Shown here: piece by piece, positions 10,882-24,477 of the stretch | Layout of the letters: each line of letters opens with the position of its first letter | Numbering within the stretch: the first letter of the stretch is position 1 | Assembly: GCF_006345805.1 (NCBI RefSeq) | Contig: NC_043014.1 | Span: 47,926,001-47,990,000, forward strand | DNA from: Octopus sinensis | Taxonomy: Eukaryota | DNA: 64,000 nt | Direction: 5' to 3' | Translations under genes and position numbers: made by a program | The notes under the pieces: generated by a model | The model's database searches: none | What the model was told of the DNA's origin: nothing | Seen by the model: the letters and a program-made list of their open reading frames with translations, nothing else

Positions 10882-11727
10882 TTTAATAATAAACTTAGAG
10901 TGAAACACTGTTGGTGTGCAGAGCATGGTACCTAACCAGAGTGAAACGCAGTATATCTAGGGTATCGTGTGGAAACGAGGTAGTATAGTGGAGTGGGTCG
11001 GTGGGTGGGAAGATATAGTGGGCGGCAGGGTAGGGTGGAGTGGTGGGTGGTGAAGTGGGGTGGAGTGGGCATGCTGCATGATGTTGCAGTCCAAACAGTA
11101 GTAGCAGCAGCAGTGGTGGTGGTGGTGAAGGGTGAGTGAGTGGACTCGATATACAATAGACTTAATTGAAGTTTAAATCTCGCCCATTGTAACCCAAGTA
11201 ATAACTCTAATGAAACACTCGTTAGCTTAATGACTATAATAATCAAATTCTACAACTTAATGGAATACAACAGAATCTACCATTTACTCAGAGAAGTCAG
11301 TCTCGAAGGCGAATTAACTGCTATCATCATCATCAGCATATGAACATCAGTTTATTAATGCCGGCAAAACCAGAAAGTTGCAGTGTTGTTTGTAATATTT
11401 AACCTCGATACAGTAGACATATGATCAAGACATTCCAAACATGACCATCCTATATTTTTGCAGGCAGTATGAAACCAGAACTCATCCAATGTCCCTTGTT
11501 TCTTTAGGCTACTATTTCTAGTAGATCAAGTGACAATGTAGAGGCTCCTTTGTTGATTACTATGGTTAATATTTCTACAAAAAGATGAAGTGAAATAATC
11601 ACAACCAGGATCTGACTTCATTGTGTGAAATTGCAGCTGGATGAGATCAGCAATGGTTTGTTAATATAGGACAAGGGTCCCCTGCATAGCCTAGTACTGG
11701 CCATACTGAAAGAATAATTTTTAAAAT

Positions 11728-11990
11728 TTGATGTGGCTGATGCCAGCGCCGCCTCGACTGGCTTCCGTGCCGGTGGCACGTAAAAAGCACCATCCGAACG
11801 TGGCCGATGCCAGTGCCGCCTTGACTGGCTTCCATGCCGGTGGCACGTTAAAAGCACCAACCGAGCGGGGCCACTGCCAGACTCCCCTGGCACCTGTGCC
11901 GGTGGCACGTAAAAAGCACCCACTACACTTGCGGAGTGGTTGGCGTTAGGAAGGGCGTCCAACTGTAGAAACTCTGCCAGATCAGAGATC
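11728..11990 (+). mobile_element. RTE-LINE 3' UTR fragment, joined at its 3' side to an inverted SINE-B head (11992-12101)
   Basis: Three GTGGCACGTWAAAGCACC units then GGAAGGGCGTCCAACTG; the terminal tail is missing and a minus-strand SINE-B head follows directly. Confidence 0.8.
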
Positions 11991-13679
11991 GGCTCGGGGC
12001 TATAGTGGAGACACCTACCCAAAGTGCCATGCAGTGGAACTGAACCCGAAACCATGTAGCTAGGAAGCAAGCTCCCTAACCACACAGCCATGCCCGCGCC
12101 TTATATATGTCATAATTAAATTATATCAAATGGAAGTCTTATAAAACTATTCCACGCATACAATAACAGCCACACCAACTGCCCCACAGATATCACTATG
12201 GTTCTGCCAGCTCACTGCCTTAATTCTTTCTAATATAGATACAAGGCCTGAAATTTGGCCTAATATAGGTTCAAAGCCTGAAAAGGGGTGGTGGTGATCG
12301 ATTACTCTGATCCCTTTGCTTTACTTTAATAGTAATAATTTCTTACATATGCTCAGGCCATACATTCTTCAAGGTGGTATAATTCATGAAACTGACTTAA
12401 CACGTGACTGGTACCTACTACGGATTGATGAAAGGTAGAGTTATTTTCTGAATAAATATAATAAAATATAAACACTGTAAATGACATAAGAGGAAGTGGT
12501 AAAATCTGATCTCAATGCTGGGCACCAGAGATGAGATTAGTGCAAGTAGAAGGGACAGCTTTGTGTGAACTTACAGAGATCATCAATAGTTTAATATAGG
12601 ATGAGGGTTTCCTACGTGGCCTGGTACTGGTCAATGGACCAGTACCAGGTCACACAGAAAGAATAATTTTTTTTAAATTCTATTTCTATTTTATTGATCA
12701 AATCAGTCAGTAAGGTAATTAAGTTTGCTTTGCAACCACCATGGCCCAAAATTCAATCTCACAAGGCAGTAGCATGGACAAGTGTTCACTATGTTAGCTT
12801 CAGACTGAGCGACATTTGATAGATGCCAACTGTACAGAAGTTTGTTATATAATTATATGAAGGATAGTGAGACATACACACGGCTTTGCCTTCTTCCCAT
12901 TATACTCTTGATCCCATTGCCCTTCCACCAATTCTGGTCCTTCTGATGTCACTGTTCGCTTGCTCTCTCTTCCATATTCCTCTTCTTGGAAAATGGAAGT
13001 GAATGTACATGGTTGAGATCATGAAGAATTCTCTACACCTACACCCCTACCTCTTAAATATCCATTTCTTCATCTTCTGTTGTCATGTTTCTTCTTTTTT
13101 TCTCACTTCCCCCCTCCTACATGCTTTACATATCTTGAGAATTATCTACATTTACATACTGTGTGCGAAGTCCCCTCCCCATCCACCATTCACACTGTAA
13201 ACATGTTGACATTAGAAAGAGCACCTAGACATAGAAACCAACCCAAATGACACATGCAAAAAGTCTGTAGGAGCAGTGGCTCCCAATGAGACGAAACTTA
13301 GACTGTGATGACTCCTCAAACTCATGCCAGCATGGGAAGTAGCCGTAAAATGTTACAAACATTTTAATATTTTTTGCCACTACAAGGCCAAGTCATTGTG
13401 GCAGTGTGATGGCTTGTGGACTTCAATGACCATGAAAACTATACAAGTGGAGTCAAGATCCTGGTAGGGTCTCTCACGCTGGATTGGTCAAAGGATAGAG
13501 TACGACCTCTTTCCTAGATGAAAATGAGTTTCTACAGGGCTAATACCCTTCTCTAGAAAAAGAGCAATATTATACAAGCATTAACGACAATTCAAAGAAC
13601 AGCCCAGAGTTGAAAACAGTGGAGAAAAGTCATCGATGGTCTATGGTAAATCACTTATAACTCTTGCTATGTATATCTT

Positions 13680-14035
13680 CTTCATACAGCATTCACCCGG
13701 GGTGGGTTGAGCTGGCTTCATTTATCCACATTGCTGCATCTCTCACAAACGCCGACCAGACCTGGTGATTTAAGGCTAACGACCGCATGATTTCCAACCA
13801 CTCCTTATTCCAGCGGCAAACGCCGTAGATATGGGGGCCTAGGTTGGGTTCCAGATCAGCCTTGACCGTCATCAGCCAGGTTCTTCTTTGTCCACCACAT
13901 CGCTTTCGCCAACTCTGAAGGGGAGCTGGGGCAATTGCTTCGTAAATGAATTCTCCTGGCTGACGACGGAGGGCATGACCCAGCCAACGCAGACGTCTTG
14001 TTAGGATGCTACGTACATCAGTGGAAAACAAGGGC
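13680..14035 (-). pseudogene. 5'-truncated RTE-clade LINE, ORF2 C-terminus
   Basis: RRLRWLGHALRR..WRKRCGGQRRTW..VKADL..WSAFVRDA, stop at 13693; typical RTE C-terminal motif. Confidence 0.85.
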
Positions 14036-14680
14036 TATTTGAAGGAAATACTTTGCAAGGAGAAGGTCCTCTAACCAATTCCTAGATGGTCTCTTGTCTG
14101 CTATCAGAAATGCCGTGGACCAGTGATTGGTCAACTAGAAATCTTTAACCAATGCCACCGTCTTTTACAATGTATAAAGAATCGGTGTTGTACCATTCTA
14201 TAGGCCTGTTCAAATCATGCACAGAAAAAAAGAGGAGATGATGATGATGATGAACCCTTCTTGCTTCAAAGCTCTGAATAACAGGTGTGTGTGTGTGTGT
14301 GTGTGTGTGTGAGCTATGGCAGTGTAACCACAGCAAGATATGTACCACTGCAATAGAAATACACACAAAGAAATGTGAGAAGGAAGCTATAAATAGCAGC
14401 AACAGAACAACTTAGCACTAATTAGCAGCACTCCTCCACCTCCTCCTCCTCCTCTTCTTCCTACAGCGTAATACCAAAACCCTGAAACAGGACGAAATGT
14501 GGAACTTTCTCAGCCCCTCAGCCAACCAATTCTCGAAATATATTTCAAACAGGAATTACTGATAATTAGCTTAATGGCTGTATCAAGGTCTTAATTTGCT
14601 TAGCTAGTGAAGGAATATTCAATTATAACAGCCAATGGCAAAAAGAAAAATCCACAAAAAAAAAAACAAAAAAAAACAGC

Positions 14681-14715
<35 letters not shown>

Positions 14716-17699
14716 TTGTAATGAGCAATTTCTAGTTCTCTACCAATGATATAAGGCCAACTGTGTGAGAAACGGTCGCCTAATGAGATATAAAGGAATT
14801 GTTTTAGATGCAAAGAGGAACCAAGTGTGGGGTTTAGAAGTTAACTCAATTTCAACTGCAGCCCTGTAGTACTACAACAACCACAACAGAGGTGGTATTG
14901 CAGGGAGTTCATTATTCATGCATGGTTAATAATGAGGAAAGAGGGACACCCAGAGTTGCCTTCTGCATGAAGGCTACATAGTTAAGTATGGGTCTTGTTT
15001 TTTGGGGGGTATTTTTTTTTTTTGGTTTTCTTTTTCCCTTAGTACAGTTCTTTGAGAAAATATTTCACCAGCTTAAATCACTCCATGGACAGTAGCAGGA
15101 ATAAAATTGGAGAACGATGCTGCTGATATTGGTTAATTTACACAACGCACAGATGTTTTGTAACAAGTTGCTAATGCTGATATAACCATTATAGTCATGA
15201 TGATGATGATGATGAAGGTGGTGGTGGTGGTGGTGGTGGTGGTGGTGATGATTAGAAATGACATTAGATTCTATGGTGGAACAGCCATAGTCGTGCAATG
15301 TGCTATATCACAAACAGGAGGTTTATCTCCATCCACTAGCCTGCTATCTCATTCTAGTACAGATACAAATTCTGTAGCTATCAGGTTAAAACTACTGAAT
15401 AACAAACAGTAAGATCACAAGTTCATGTCCTGTTATAGTCATTATCTTCACTTCCTTCTAGTTACTCTCTAATTACAACACAGTGTCAATATGGATCTCA
15501 TTAATTTAGAATTCAATGATTTAGGCCAGTCATGGGCAAATTGCAGCCCATCAGGTTTTCTAAATGGCATGACTAACAAAAAGTCACTTTGAATTCTTTT
15601 TTTTTAGTAGTGCAGCCCATCTGGTGATGATCTAGGTCTCATGTGGCCCACTTCTCAGAAAGGATTGCCCATGCCTAGTTTAGACCAATAATTTGGATGT
15701 GAAAGTAATTAATGTTTAAATCTCCAGCACTGGTGCCACCACTTCACAGCAAACATCCTTTACATTTGACAGCTGTGGATGGTGTAAAAGATGGTGCTTC
15801 AATGTTAAGTTTAATTTTATGTCGGTCAGTGAATTGTAGAGGAAACAAGGGATGAAATATTTCACCTAGAGGTCAATGCTGCTATTTTTAGTTATAATTA
15901 AATATTAAACCCTAAATATGACTCGACAAAACAGCAGCAGGTCATTACCAAGCCCAGGTCATTGCCAAGAACAGCACCCCATGTGCCCAGCATTTTAAGT
16001 CTGTTCCAAGACCCTGATGAATCCTAAATCACACTGTTTACTCTGTAGGATACAACAGGACATGCAGGCTATGGTTGTAACAGTTTTTTTTTTCCACCCA
16101 GTTTTAGGGTTAAAGGACTGGTGGTTGGTACAAAGTTGATACAGTTCCTGCGTAAGAGTCTTAAGAACTCTGCAACAGAATTTGTACCAGCTGTAGTTAC
16201 TGATAGTGCCAAGTTGGTACAGGTCAGTGCTAGTCCAGCTAACACAACATCTGGTATCTGTAACAGTCTAAAATTAGAATAACAGTTCACCAAAGCCCTT
16301 CCCCATTACTACGACTGCAATCATTTGGAATGTTCAATCATTCGAAGCTGGCCTGGCGCCAAGTTTGATCCAGAATGTAGCAGCACTGTCCCCCCTTTTT
16401 GGTAGATATTTTCCAAACTGTGGTGCCAATAATTTCTAGGCATATTGTAAAATTAAGTGAAAATAGATAAACTTTAATGAATATTTAGATATAAAGTATA
16501 TCAAAGCATTGTTGACTTTGCAGTTAGTTTCTATATAAATTTGGCTTTATATATTTGGTTTCATAAATTAAGCTTAAAGAGCCACAAAGAATTTTGTTTT
16601 TAAAATATTTGTCACCGTCCTGAAGAGTTGGGAAAGCTCTGCTTTAAGTTAAAGTAATAATATGGGAGCAGACATGACTGTGTGGTTAAGAAATTTACTT
16701 CTCAACCAGATGGCCTCAAGTTCAATCCCACCGTGAGGCATCTTGGACAAGCATCTATTATAGCCCTGGGCTAACCAAATCCTTGAGGGTGGATTTGATG
16801 AACAGAAACTGAAAGAAGCCCATCATGTATGTATGTATGTATGTGTGTGTGTATTTGTATCTACTTGATGTTGTGTAACAGTTATCAACAAATGTCATCA
16901 CCACCCAAATGGTGGCATTCATTTGCAATCTTCCATGAAAACATGTCTGGCCCATTGTGTTTCACATGCTTGAAGGATTAGGGAAAATATTACTTTGCTC
17001 TGAAACAAATGAGGGTTGGCAACAAGAAGGGCATCCAACCACAGGATCTCTACCTTATCCAATTTTGTCTGACCCATTTAAGCATTGCTTCACAAATAAA
17101 GTGGATCACTGAAATGATGATGATGTTAGTAGCAGGAGTTATTAACAACAGCAAGTGTAGGATTAATTGCAGTAACAATCCTTTTAATAATGTCCAAATA
17201 TGAACAGCCATTTGCTATAGAGGGGTAAAGATGGAATGTAAAATTGAGAGAAAAAGAAATGTATTTGATTACTGGCAATTCTGAAAGTTGACTCTTTAAA
17301 AATATAATATGAAGGGAATAGGATATAACACTCCAGGAATTGTGTCAATAATCTAAAGATCTTTCTGAAGGACATTTTCTACTTAGAAAAAACATTACAA
17401 ATTGATTGGTTTGGGCTCACAATGATCTCGCTAACACAGCTATCACTGATTAGTTTAAAGCCTCATTGACATCTCTGATTGGCTTTAAGGCTCACAATAA
17501 CATCACTAACACTGCTATCACTGATTGGCTGAGATCAAAAAGTGATTAGAATCAAATATCTGATACCCTGTTAATGAAAATGCAAAGCATCAGAAAACAA
17601 GAACAGTCAAAAGCAGCCATCTTAAAAGAGACACAGAAAATGGCTGTGAAAATTCCTGGAGTGTTATATCCTTACCAGGTTCAGAAGGCCGGCAAGGAC

Positions 17700-18830
17700 C
17701 ATGGGCTCTGTCTCTTCCTTCAGACTTAGTGAGTATGGAGCGAAGAAAAAATATCCCTTTTGAAATATTTGATAAAATATGATATAGAGGAGCTTCAAGA
17801 GACCTTGGTGGTTCAAGAGGGTATGAAACATCTCATGGTGTGAGAACATACCAAAATAGAGACTTGTGGACACATTCCACCAATCTGTACTATTACTGCT
17901 CAACACAGCAAAGGCTTTGCTGACTACTGCTGTCATACTGAACACCAAATGTTATATTTTGGAGACTTCAGCACCCTGATAGTGGATAAAAACCACTCAA
18001 CTACACTGATGTGAGTGGCAGAAACATACATGAAACTGAAGACCAACCAAAGCTATTGGAGAGGGACACAGGCAGAGATTCCTGATGTAACATTGTGAAA
18101 TTCATCTCAATTGCAGTTGCTTGATGAAGAAGAAAATGTAAGATATGTTTTACAATAAGCCAAATGCTTAAAGGATATGAACTCAACATCATCATCCTTC
18201 TTTTAACAACCACCTTTGAATGGAACTTTTAAAGGCAGTGTTTTCAGGCTGAATGCCTTTACTGGTGCCAATTCCTTTAGTCCCTTCTTACAACAAACAA
18301 AAACTAAGGAATACTTCTCTCTCCTTCCCCAAAACAGTATTCAATTTTTATGAAACCTTTTTTTTTTTAAATAAAAGCGGGGTTTTGATTTATCACCAAA
18401 AGCTGCAATGGTAAAAGGGTAGGAACACCTGTTCTACATCATCCACTAATAAACTTCAGAGACCAAAGAAGGTTCAACTGCTCAACCACTCAGAAATGTG
18501 GAAACATATTTCTGTTGTGGACACACTATCCATATCAACAAGGCAACACATTTCCACAAATGCCAGCCTCTTATAGCAACACAATAAGAGGTAAGATGTT
18601 TTTACTGGAAACATAACAGGAATAATCCTGACTAGATGACCTGTCCACAATGTTGCCTATAGAGGACATTGAACATCCAAGAAGATGGCATCATGTCTAC
18701 AGAGATCTGTTCCTTTAAGTCAGCAGCTGGAAGGTCCTTGATAAGGCTACTCTGTTCAACATGAAAGAGATTTTTATAGAGACAAACTACTGAAAACTAT
18801 ATAGTAAATAACATACTCTCTGATGATGAT
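17700..18830 (+). pseudogene. Very degraded RTE ORF2 C-terminal relics (probably two)
   Basis: Frameshifted matches YGA..WFKRV*NISWCENIP..MLYFGDFS..KPLNYTDV (17740-18050) and CPQCCL*RTLNIQ (~18650). Confidence 0.4.
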
Positions 18831-19664
18831 TCACAGACAAGTGACCACATCAACTATGGACTGTCTCAATAAACACACACAACCACTACCAAACTCATAC
18901 ACAAAACTCTATAGAGGTATGAAAGACAAACTCAGTTCTGAGAAATTTTAATCCACTTGGTAGAGGGATGCACCTGAATACCATAGTACATTCCATCCAG
19001 CCCTCAACCAATTACTGGCCCCTACACAAACCTCATTCAATCCAGCCCTTAACATCACTGACCTGTTGACGTTCAATCCACCTCCAACTTCCACAGCCAC
19101 CATGCCCCATTTTCTCTGACACAAAAAAAATAAATTTCAAAGAGTTTACCTCTTAATTAAGAATTCTGCGCTTCCATTTCTATAATTTGATACCCCTGCT
19201 GCCATTTTAACAGCTTTATGGATGGTAGGCAGGAGAGGACATTATGAAATTGACTGTTACCTCAGGTAAGAGACACAAGTGGGGGGTTATCAGAGTGACT
19301 TAACTCAGGTGGAGGAGGGGAGGGACAGGAGAGAATTAAGAGAGTGACTGTTTAAGTCAGGTAAGGAACAGGAAGAGGGTGACAGAGCTACTTAAGTCAG
19401 GTAGGAGATAGTAGAAGTGATTCACCAAGCTAACAGGATATGCATGTCTCTCTCACTTGCAGCAGAGACAAAAGCAGGAAGTGAAGTGTCCTATGAGAAC
19501 AGGAATTGAAACTAGTTCTTTAGCAACACTGCTGGCTGCTCACCTATATTATCATCGCACCGATGACATAGTCAACACGTCTCCTCTTCATACTCCTGAT
19601 AAACTGAGTCATCAACTTTATGGAATACGAGAGACAATAGCAGTAGTAGAGTGGTTGGGAAGAA

Positions 19665-19667
<3 letters not shown>

Positions 19668-19701
<34 letters not shown>

Positions 19702-20028
19702 CGGTAGTAGTAGTTGTAGTAGCAGTAGTAATAGTCGTGGCGGTAGTAATAGTCGTGGCGGTAGTAATAGTAGTAGTGGCGGTAGTAGTAGTAGTAGTGG
19801 CGGTAGTAGTAGCAGTAGTGGCGGTAGTAGTAGTAGTAGTAGTGGTGGCAGTAGTAGTAGTAGTAGTGGTGGCAGTAGTAGTAATAGTAGTAGTGGCAGT
19901 AGTAATAGTAGTAGTGGCGGTAGTAATAGTAGTAGTGGCGGTAGTAATAGTAGTAGTGGCGGTAGTAATAGTAGTAGTGGCGGTAGTAATAGTAGTAGTG
20001 GCGGTAGTAATAGTAGTAATGGCGGTAG
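19668..20028. repeat. (AGT)n-derived minisatellite with 21-nt higher-order unit GGCGGTAGTAATAGTAGTAGT
   Basis: Visible 21-nt periodicity at 19915-20028; explains the five overlapping low-complexity ORFs. Confidence 0.92.
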
Positions 20029-20479
20029 TGTTCCAATACGAAAAAGATACTCCTGTTTTACAATAAACAAACAAGGTGCTTGTGTAGTGGTGATGGTGGT
20101 GGTTGTGGTTATAAACAGCAGTAGATCCTATGAGAGAATGATCTAACACAGCTGTCCAGTTATTAATACTGTCACAAACCTGTCCTCTTTAGTGTGTCCT
20201 GTGATGAGGACACAAATCTGTCCTCTTCACAGGCCAATAATATCCAAGATTATGCAAATCCCCAAAGATCCAGAGGAGCCCTTAAGTCTGTGCAGTTAAC
20301 AAACAAATCCCTCCATTCAACCAGGACCAGACACCAATCTGATCCAGTGAACAGATAATAACCAAACCATTTAGAACTGAATTTCTTGTCCCCATAATAC
20401 AAAAGATTTGCCAAACCAGGAGTGTAGCCTCTTCATGGTTGTTCCACCTAAAAGATACGCATACATGCTAAACCTTGAT

Positions 20480-20730
20480 TTTTTATTATCCATAAGGACA
20501 TACATAGAATGGACGATACAATCACGGATGATTTTACATATAAAGCGCAATTTGGGGTCGATAAAAATTTAACGTGATTTTATATAAAAACGAATGAATA
20601 AACACCACAATGGACATTTTTTAAACAAATGGGGTGGGGCGGGTTTACGGACCCCACGAACCCCGCCTCTCACTGACCTCGGTTTTTGGGCTTATCTCGC
20701 ATCCACGAGAGACCTTTTATACACGACATT
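20480..20730 (+). pseudogene. Possible Tc1/mariner catalytic-domain relic
   Basis: FLNKWGGAGLRTPRTPPLTDLGFWAYL resembles FP.RWIGRGG..WPPRSPDLTPLDFFLWGYL; flanked by TTCCACCT at 20442-20449 and 20732-20739; no TIRs seen. Confidence 0.35.
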
Positions 20731-21641
20731 CTTCCACCTTTCATCAAACACTTTCTTACTCAGGCACCTCCTCTCCAGCCCTATTTGTCTCTTTAGGTGG
20801 AACATAAAAAATTCCACCAAACCAGGACCAGAAATGAAGTTGCCTGAGGAATAGCTTTCAACAAATGTCTACTTACTGGATCAGGACTAACTTGGGATTA
20901 AACTACAACTGTATTTGAAGAATATTAAGCACACTGAATAGGGAGGAGACTGGGTAGAAGGGACACACATACACACACAAATATACATATGCAAAAATAT
21001 TTTTCTAGGCACAGGTGTGGTCAAGAAGTTTGCTTCCTAACCATGTGATCTTGGGTTCAATCCCACTTTGTGGCCTTAGGCAAGTGTCTTCTCCTTTATT
21101 CCCAGGCCTATCAAAACCTTGTGAGTAGATTTGGCAGAGAGAAACTGGAAGATGTCCTTCAGTGATGGTGATTGTAAATGAGCATCACTGTCATACAAGG
21201 AATGTCATCCGTCTCCAGCTTCCGATGAAGAAAATATCTTGCCTTGGAGAAATATTACCTTATTTGGAAACAGGTGAAGGTTCACAACAGGAAGAGCTGT
21301 AGAAACTCTGCCTGCACAAATTCTGACTGATCAATGCAAGCATGGCAATGTGGACATTGTATGATAATATATATTTACACACAAATATACATATACATAC
21401 ATATATACACAAATATATACATACATATACATACACACATATATATACATATACATACATACATACACACATATACATACACATACATATATACATATGC
21501 ATACATATACATACACATACATACATACATATATATAATAAACCTTTACATAAATAAATAACGTGAAATACACGAAGGGACAAACAAAAAGACAAACGGG
21601 TCATTCAAAGCCTTCGTTCTTCAGTCAGAAACTGATTCCTC

Positions 21642-21716
<75 letters not shown>

Positions 21717-21757
21717 TACATATATATATATATATTTGTATATATATATATATATAT

Positions 21758-22176
21758 ATATCACAATCAAGGAACGGCCATAATAGGCCATTCACCCACT
21801 AGAAATAACAGCCAAAAAGCTTCAACCGCAAAATAACATTAATTCTGTAAACCAGGAGAAAATTAAAAAAAACATTTACCCTGAAATTCCTTATACGATG
21901 CACCGTTTCGTCTACTGTTTAGACGAAACGGTGCATCGTATAAGGAATTTCAGGGTAAATGTTTTTTTTAATTTTCTCCTGGTTTACAGAATTAATGTTA
22001 TTTTGCGGTTGAAGCTTTTTGGCTGTTATTTCTAGTGGGTGAATGGCCTATTATGGCCGTTCCTTGATTGTGATATTGAACTTAAAAATGGTTTATGACT
22101 ATTTAATTTTTTCCCACTAGGCCGCTGGAGGCAAAAGAATTCTACAAAATTTTTTTGCCTCCCTATATTGATTAAT
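21758..22176 (+). mobile_element. Fold-back (Penelope-like pLTR-type) element: perfect 157-bp inverted arms plus 3' extension
   Basis: 21758-21914 is the exact reverse complement of 21920-22076 (loop CTGTT). The right arm continues to a 10-bp hairpin (22127-22162) and CCCTATATTGATTAAT, then (TA)n. Confidence 0.8.
21910..21950 (+). ncRNA. 3' half of a hammerhead ribozyme (stem II, GAAA, stem III, GUA site)
   Basis: GTCTA-ctgtt-TAGAC GAAA CGGTGCATCG TA|TAAGG; the CUGANGA half is replaced by the inverted arm, so it is non-functional as it stands. Confidence 0.6.
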
Positions 22177-22210
<34 letters not shown>

Positions 22211-23641
22211 TATACATACCTATACATACACATATATATATATATATATATATTTGTATATATATATATATACACACACACACATATACATACCTATACA
22301 TACACATATACATATATATATATATCATTTCAACATGTGAAGCTTAATCCCATCACATTTTTCTCTCTCCGTACCCCCTCCCCTCTCATCCCTTTCTGTC
22401 AAAGAGCATAGACTCAAAACGTCAAAGACTTCTCCATCTCCATCCCCCCCCCCGGGAGCATCAAACTAATACACCTGCTTGTTGCTCTCGTACCTGTCCG
22501 TCTTTTGTTTCCTGTACATCTGAACCACACACACACACACACACACACAAACTCCATTTCATTTTTATACTTCAAATGAGTTTTTTTTTCCTACAAACAC
22601 TCCGATCTCTAATTAACGGTTATTACCCAAAGTGTTGAGTGCAGAGAGAGTGTTACCATCAAGGGGGGGAGCAACACAACAAACTTCGTGGTTAGGGATC
22701 CCTCCTTCTCTCCCTCCTTCTCCTCACTAGGACTATTTTTAGGGAGGAGGAGGAGGAGCCAGTAATTTAGGGGGAGAGTAGGGGGTATAGAGTCAGTGAA
22801 ACAAAATATGAACTGTTGAGGGAGGGAGAGCAAATGGGTGGGTGAATGGGCGGGGGGGGGACTCGTTTGTGTGGAATTAATAAACTGTCTGATTATAGGG
22901 GTGAAACAACCTTACCAATGGGTGGTGGTGATGGTGGTAGTAGTTGTAATAATAGTAGTAGAAGTGGTTGTCGTAATAAGAGTAATAGTGGTGGGGGAGG
23001 TAGTACTAGCAGTGGTGCTTATTAATAATAAGTAGAGGTAGTAGGAATGACGGCGGTAGCATAGTAGTGGTTACGAAAGTAGTAATTGTAGCAGGTGATA
23101 GTAGTAATAGTAGTGGTGATAGAGATGGTGGTGGTGGTGGTGATGGTAGTAGTAGTAGTAGTAGTACTAGTAGTAAGAGTTATCTACAACCAGTCCAATC
23201 TAGTTTTGTCTAATCCATTGACATAAAAGGTCAGACAACACTGTTCATTCATAAACTAATCTGTTGTTTACTATTTACAGCTTCCACACACACAACCATA
23301 CACCTCCACCACATACAACTACACATACAGGAGCACACACACGTACATCTTTACCTTACTCCCACACATGCTAACCTCCTAGCCTTCCCACACACCTACA
23401 ATGAACACACCACCTTTCAAACAAACACACAGAGTATACAAGACTAAGCGAATGTATTAATGATACTACAGGTCTCATGTCATTTGATGTGTAGAAGAGT
23501 AGTGGTTACCTGGGGTAGGTATGGAGCGCAGTGATGAATGTAATAGAGGTAGGTATGGGCTGTAGTGGAGGGTATAACAGTTGTAAATATAGGCTGCAGT
23601 AGTTAGGTGTAACAGAAGTAGACATGGGCTATAGTAGAGGG

Positions 23642-23701
<60 letters not shown>

Positions 23702-23704
<3 letters not shown>

Positions 23705-23870
23705 CAAAGAGTAAAATTAATTAATTAAGAAGTAATCAATAATTTCACCAAGTAGAATTCGGCATGAAAAAAGGACCATTTCACGGTAAACTTAAGTAAT
23801 ACTTAATAATCTTTGTTGAACCCTTAAGTAATACTTAATAATCTTTGCTGAACCCTAATTATTAAGTATA
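23702..23870 (+). mobile_element. (TA)n-embedded fragment with internal ~32-bp tandem duplication
   Basis: CTTAAGTAATACTTAATAATCTTTG(T/C)TGAACC twice (from 23791 and 23823); ends CCCTAATTATTAAG+(TA)n, like the element ending at 22176. Confidence 0.45.
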
Positions 23871-23990
23871 TATATATATATAATATATATATATATATCA
23901 TCATTTAATGTCAGTTGTCCATGCTGGCATGGGTTGGACGGTTTGACCAGGGCTGGCAAGCTGTACTAGACTTCATATATACACACACAC

Positions 23991-24023
<33 letters not shown>

Positions 24024-24025
<2 letters not shown>

Positions 24026-24378
24026 GGCATGGTTGCTACCCAACCACATCATTCCAGGTTCAGTTCCACTGCTTGGTACCTTGGTCAAGTGTCTTCTACT
24101 ATAGCCTTGGCCGAACCGAAACCTTGTAAGTGGATTTAGTAGACAGAAACTGAAAGAAGCCCGTCATGTGTATGTGTGTGTATTTATTACCCCACTACCA
24201 CTTAACGACTGGTGTTGGTGTGTTTATATCCCTGTAACTTAGCCACTTGGCAAAAGAGACTGATAGAATAAGCATTAGGCTAAAGAAAAAAAAATACTAA
24301 GGTCGATTCATTTGACTAAACATTCTTTGAGGTGGTGCTCCCAGCATGGCTGTAGTCTAATAACTGAAACAAGTGATA
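24024..24378 (+). mobile_element. SINE family B, older copy
   Basis: Head with GGTTCAGTTCCA, CTTGGTCAAGTGTCTTCTACTATAGCC core, ACTGAAACAAG tail. Confidence 0.8.
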
Positions 24379-24430
24379 CATACATACATACATACATACA
24401 TAGAGAGGGAGAGATTATATACAGACACAC

Positions 24431-24464
<34 letters not shown>

Positions 24465-24477
24465 ATATATATATATA

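Noticed and set aside
14400-14620. TAAT/TAATTA-rich non-repetitive blocks (also 540-660, 32440-32990) as possible enhancers
   Set aside because: Motif density is expected in AT-rich DNA; no conservation or chromatin data available.
16108-16151. Plus-strand TTTTAG|...|GTAAGA pseudo-exon (VKGLVVGTKLIQFL)
   Set aside because: No recognisable protein, no partner exons, opposite strand to Cbl.
19457-20146. 229-aa Gly/Ser-rich ORF and four overlapping ORFs
   Set aside because: Openness is explained entirely by the (AGT)n/21-nt repeat; no splice signals or domain.
21575-21630. Minus-strand CTGAAGA-ACGAAGG hammerhead-like start
   Set aside because: No stem II closure or GAAA follows; at most a deleted remnant.
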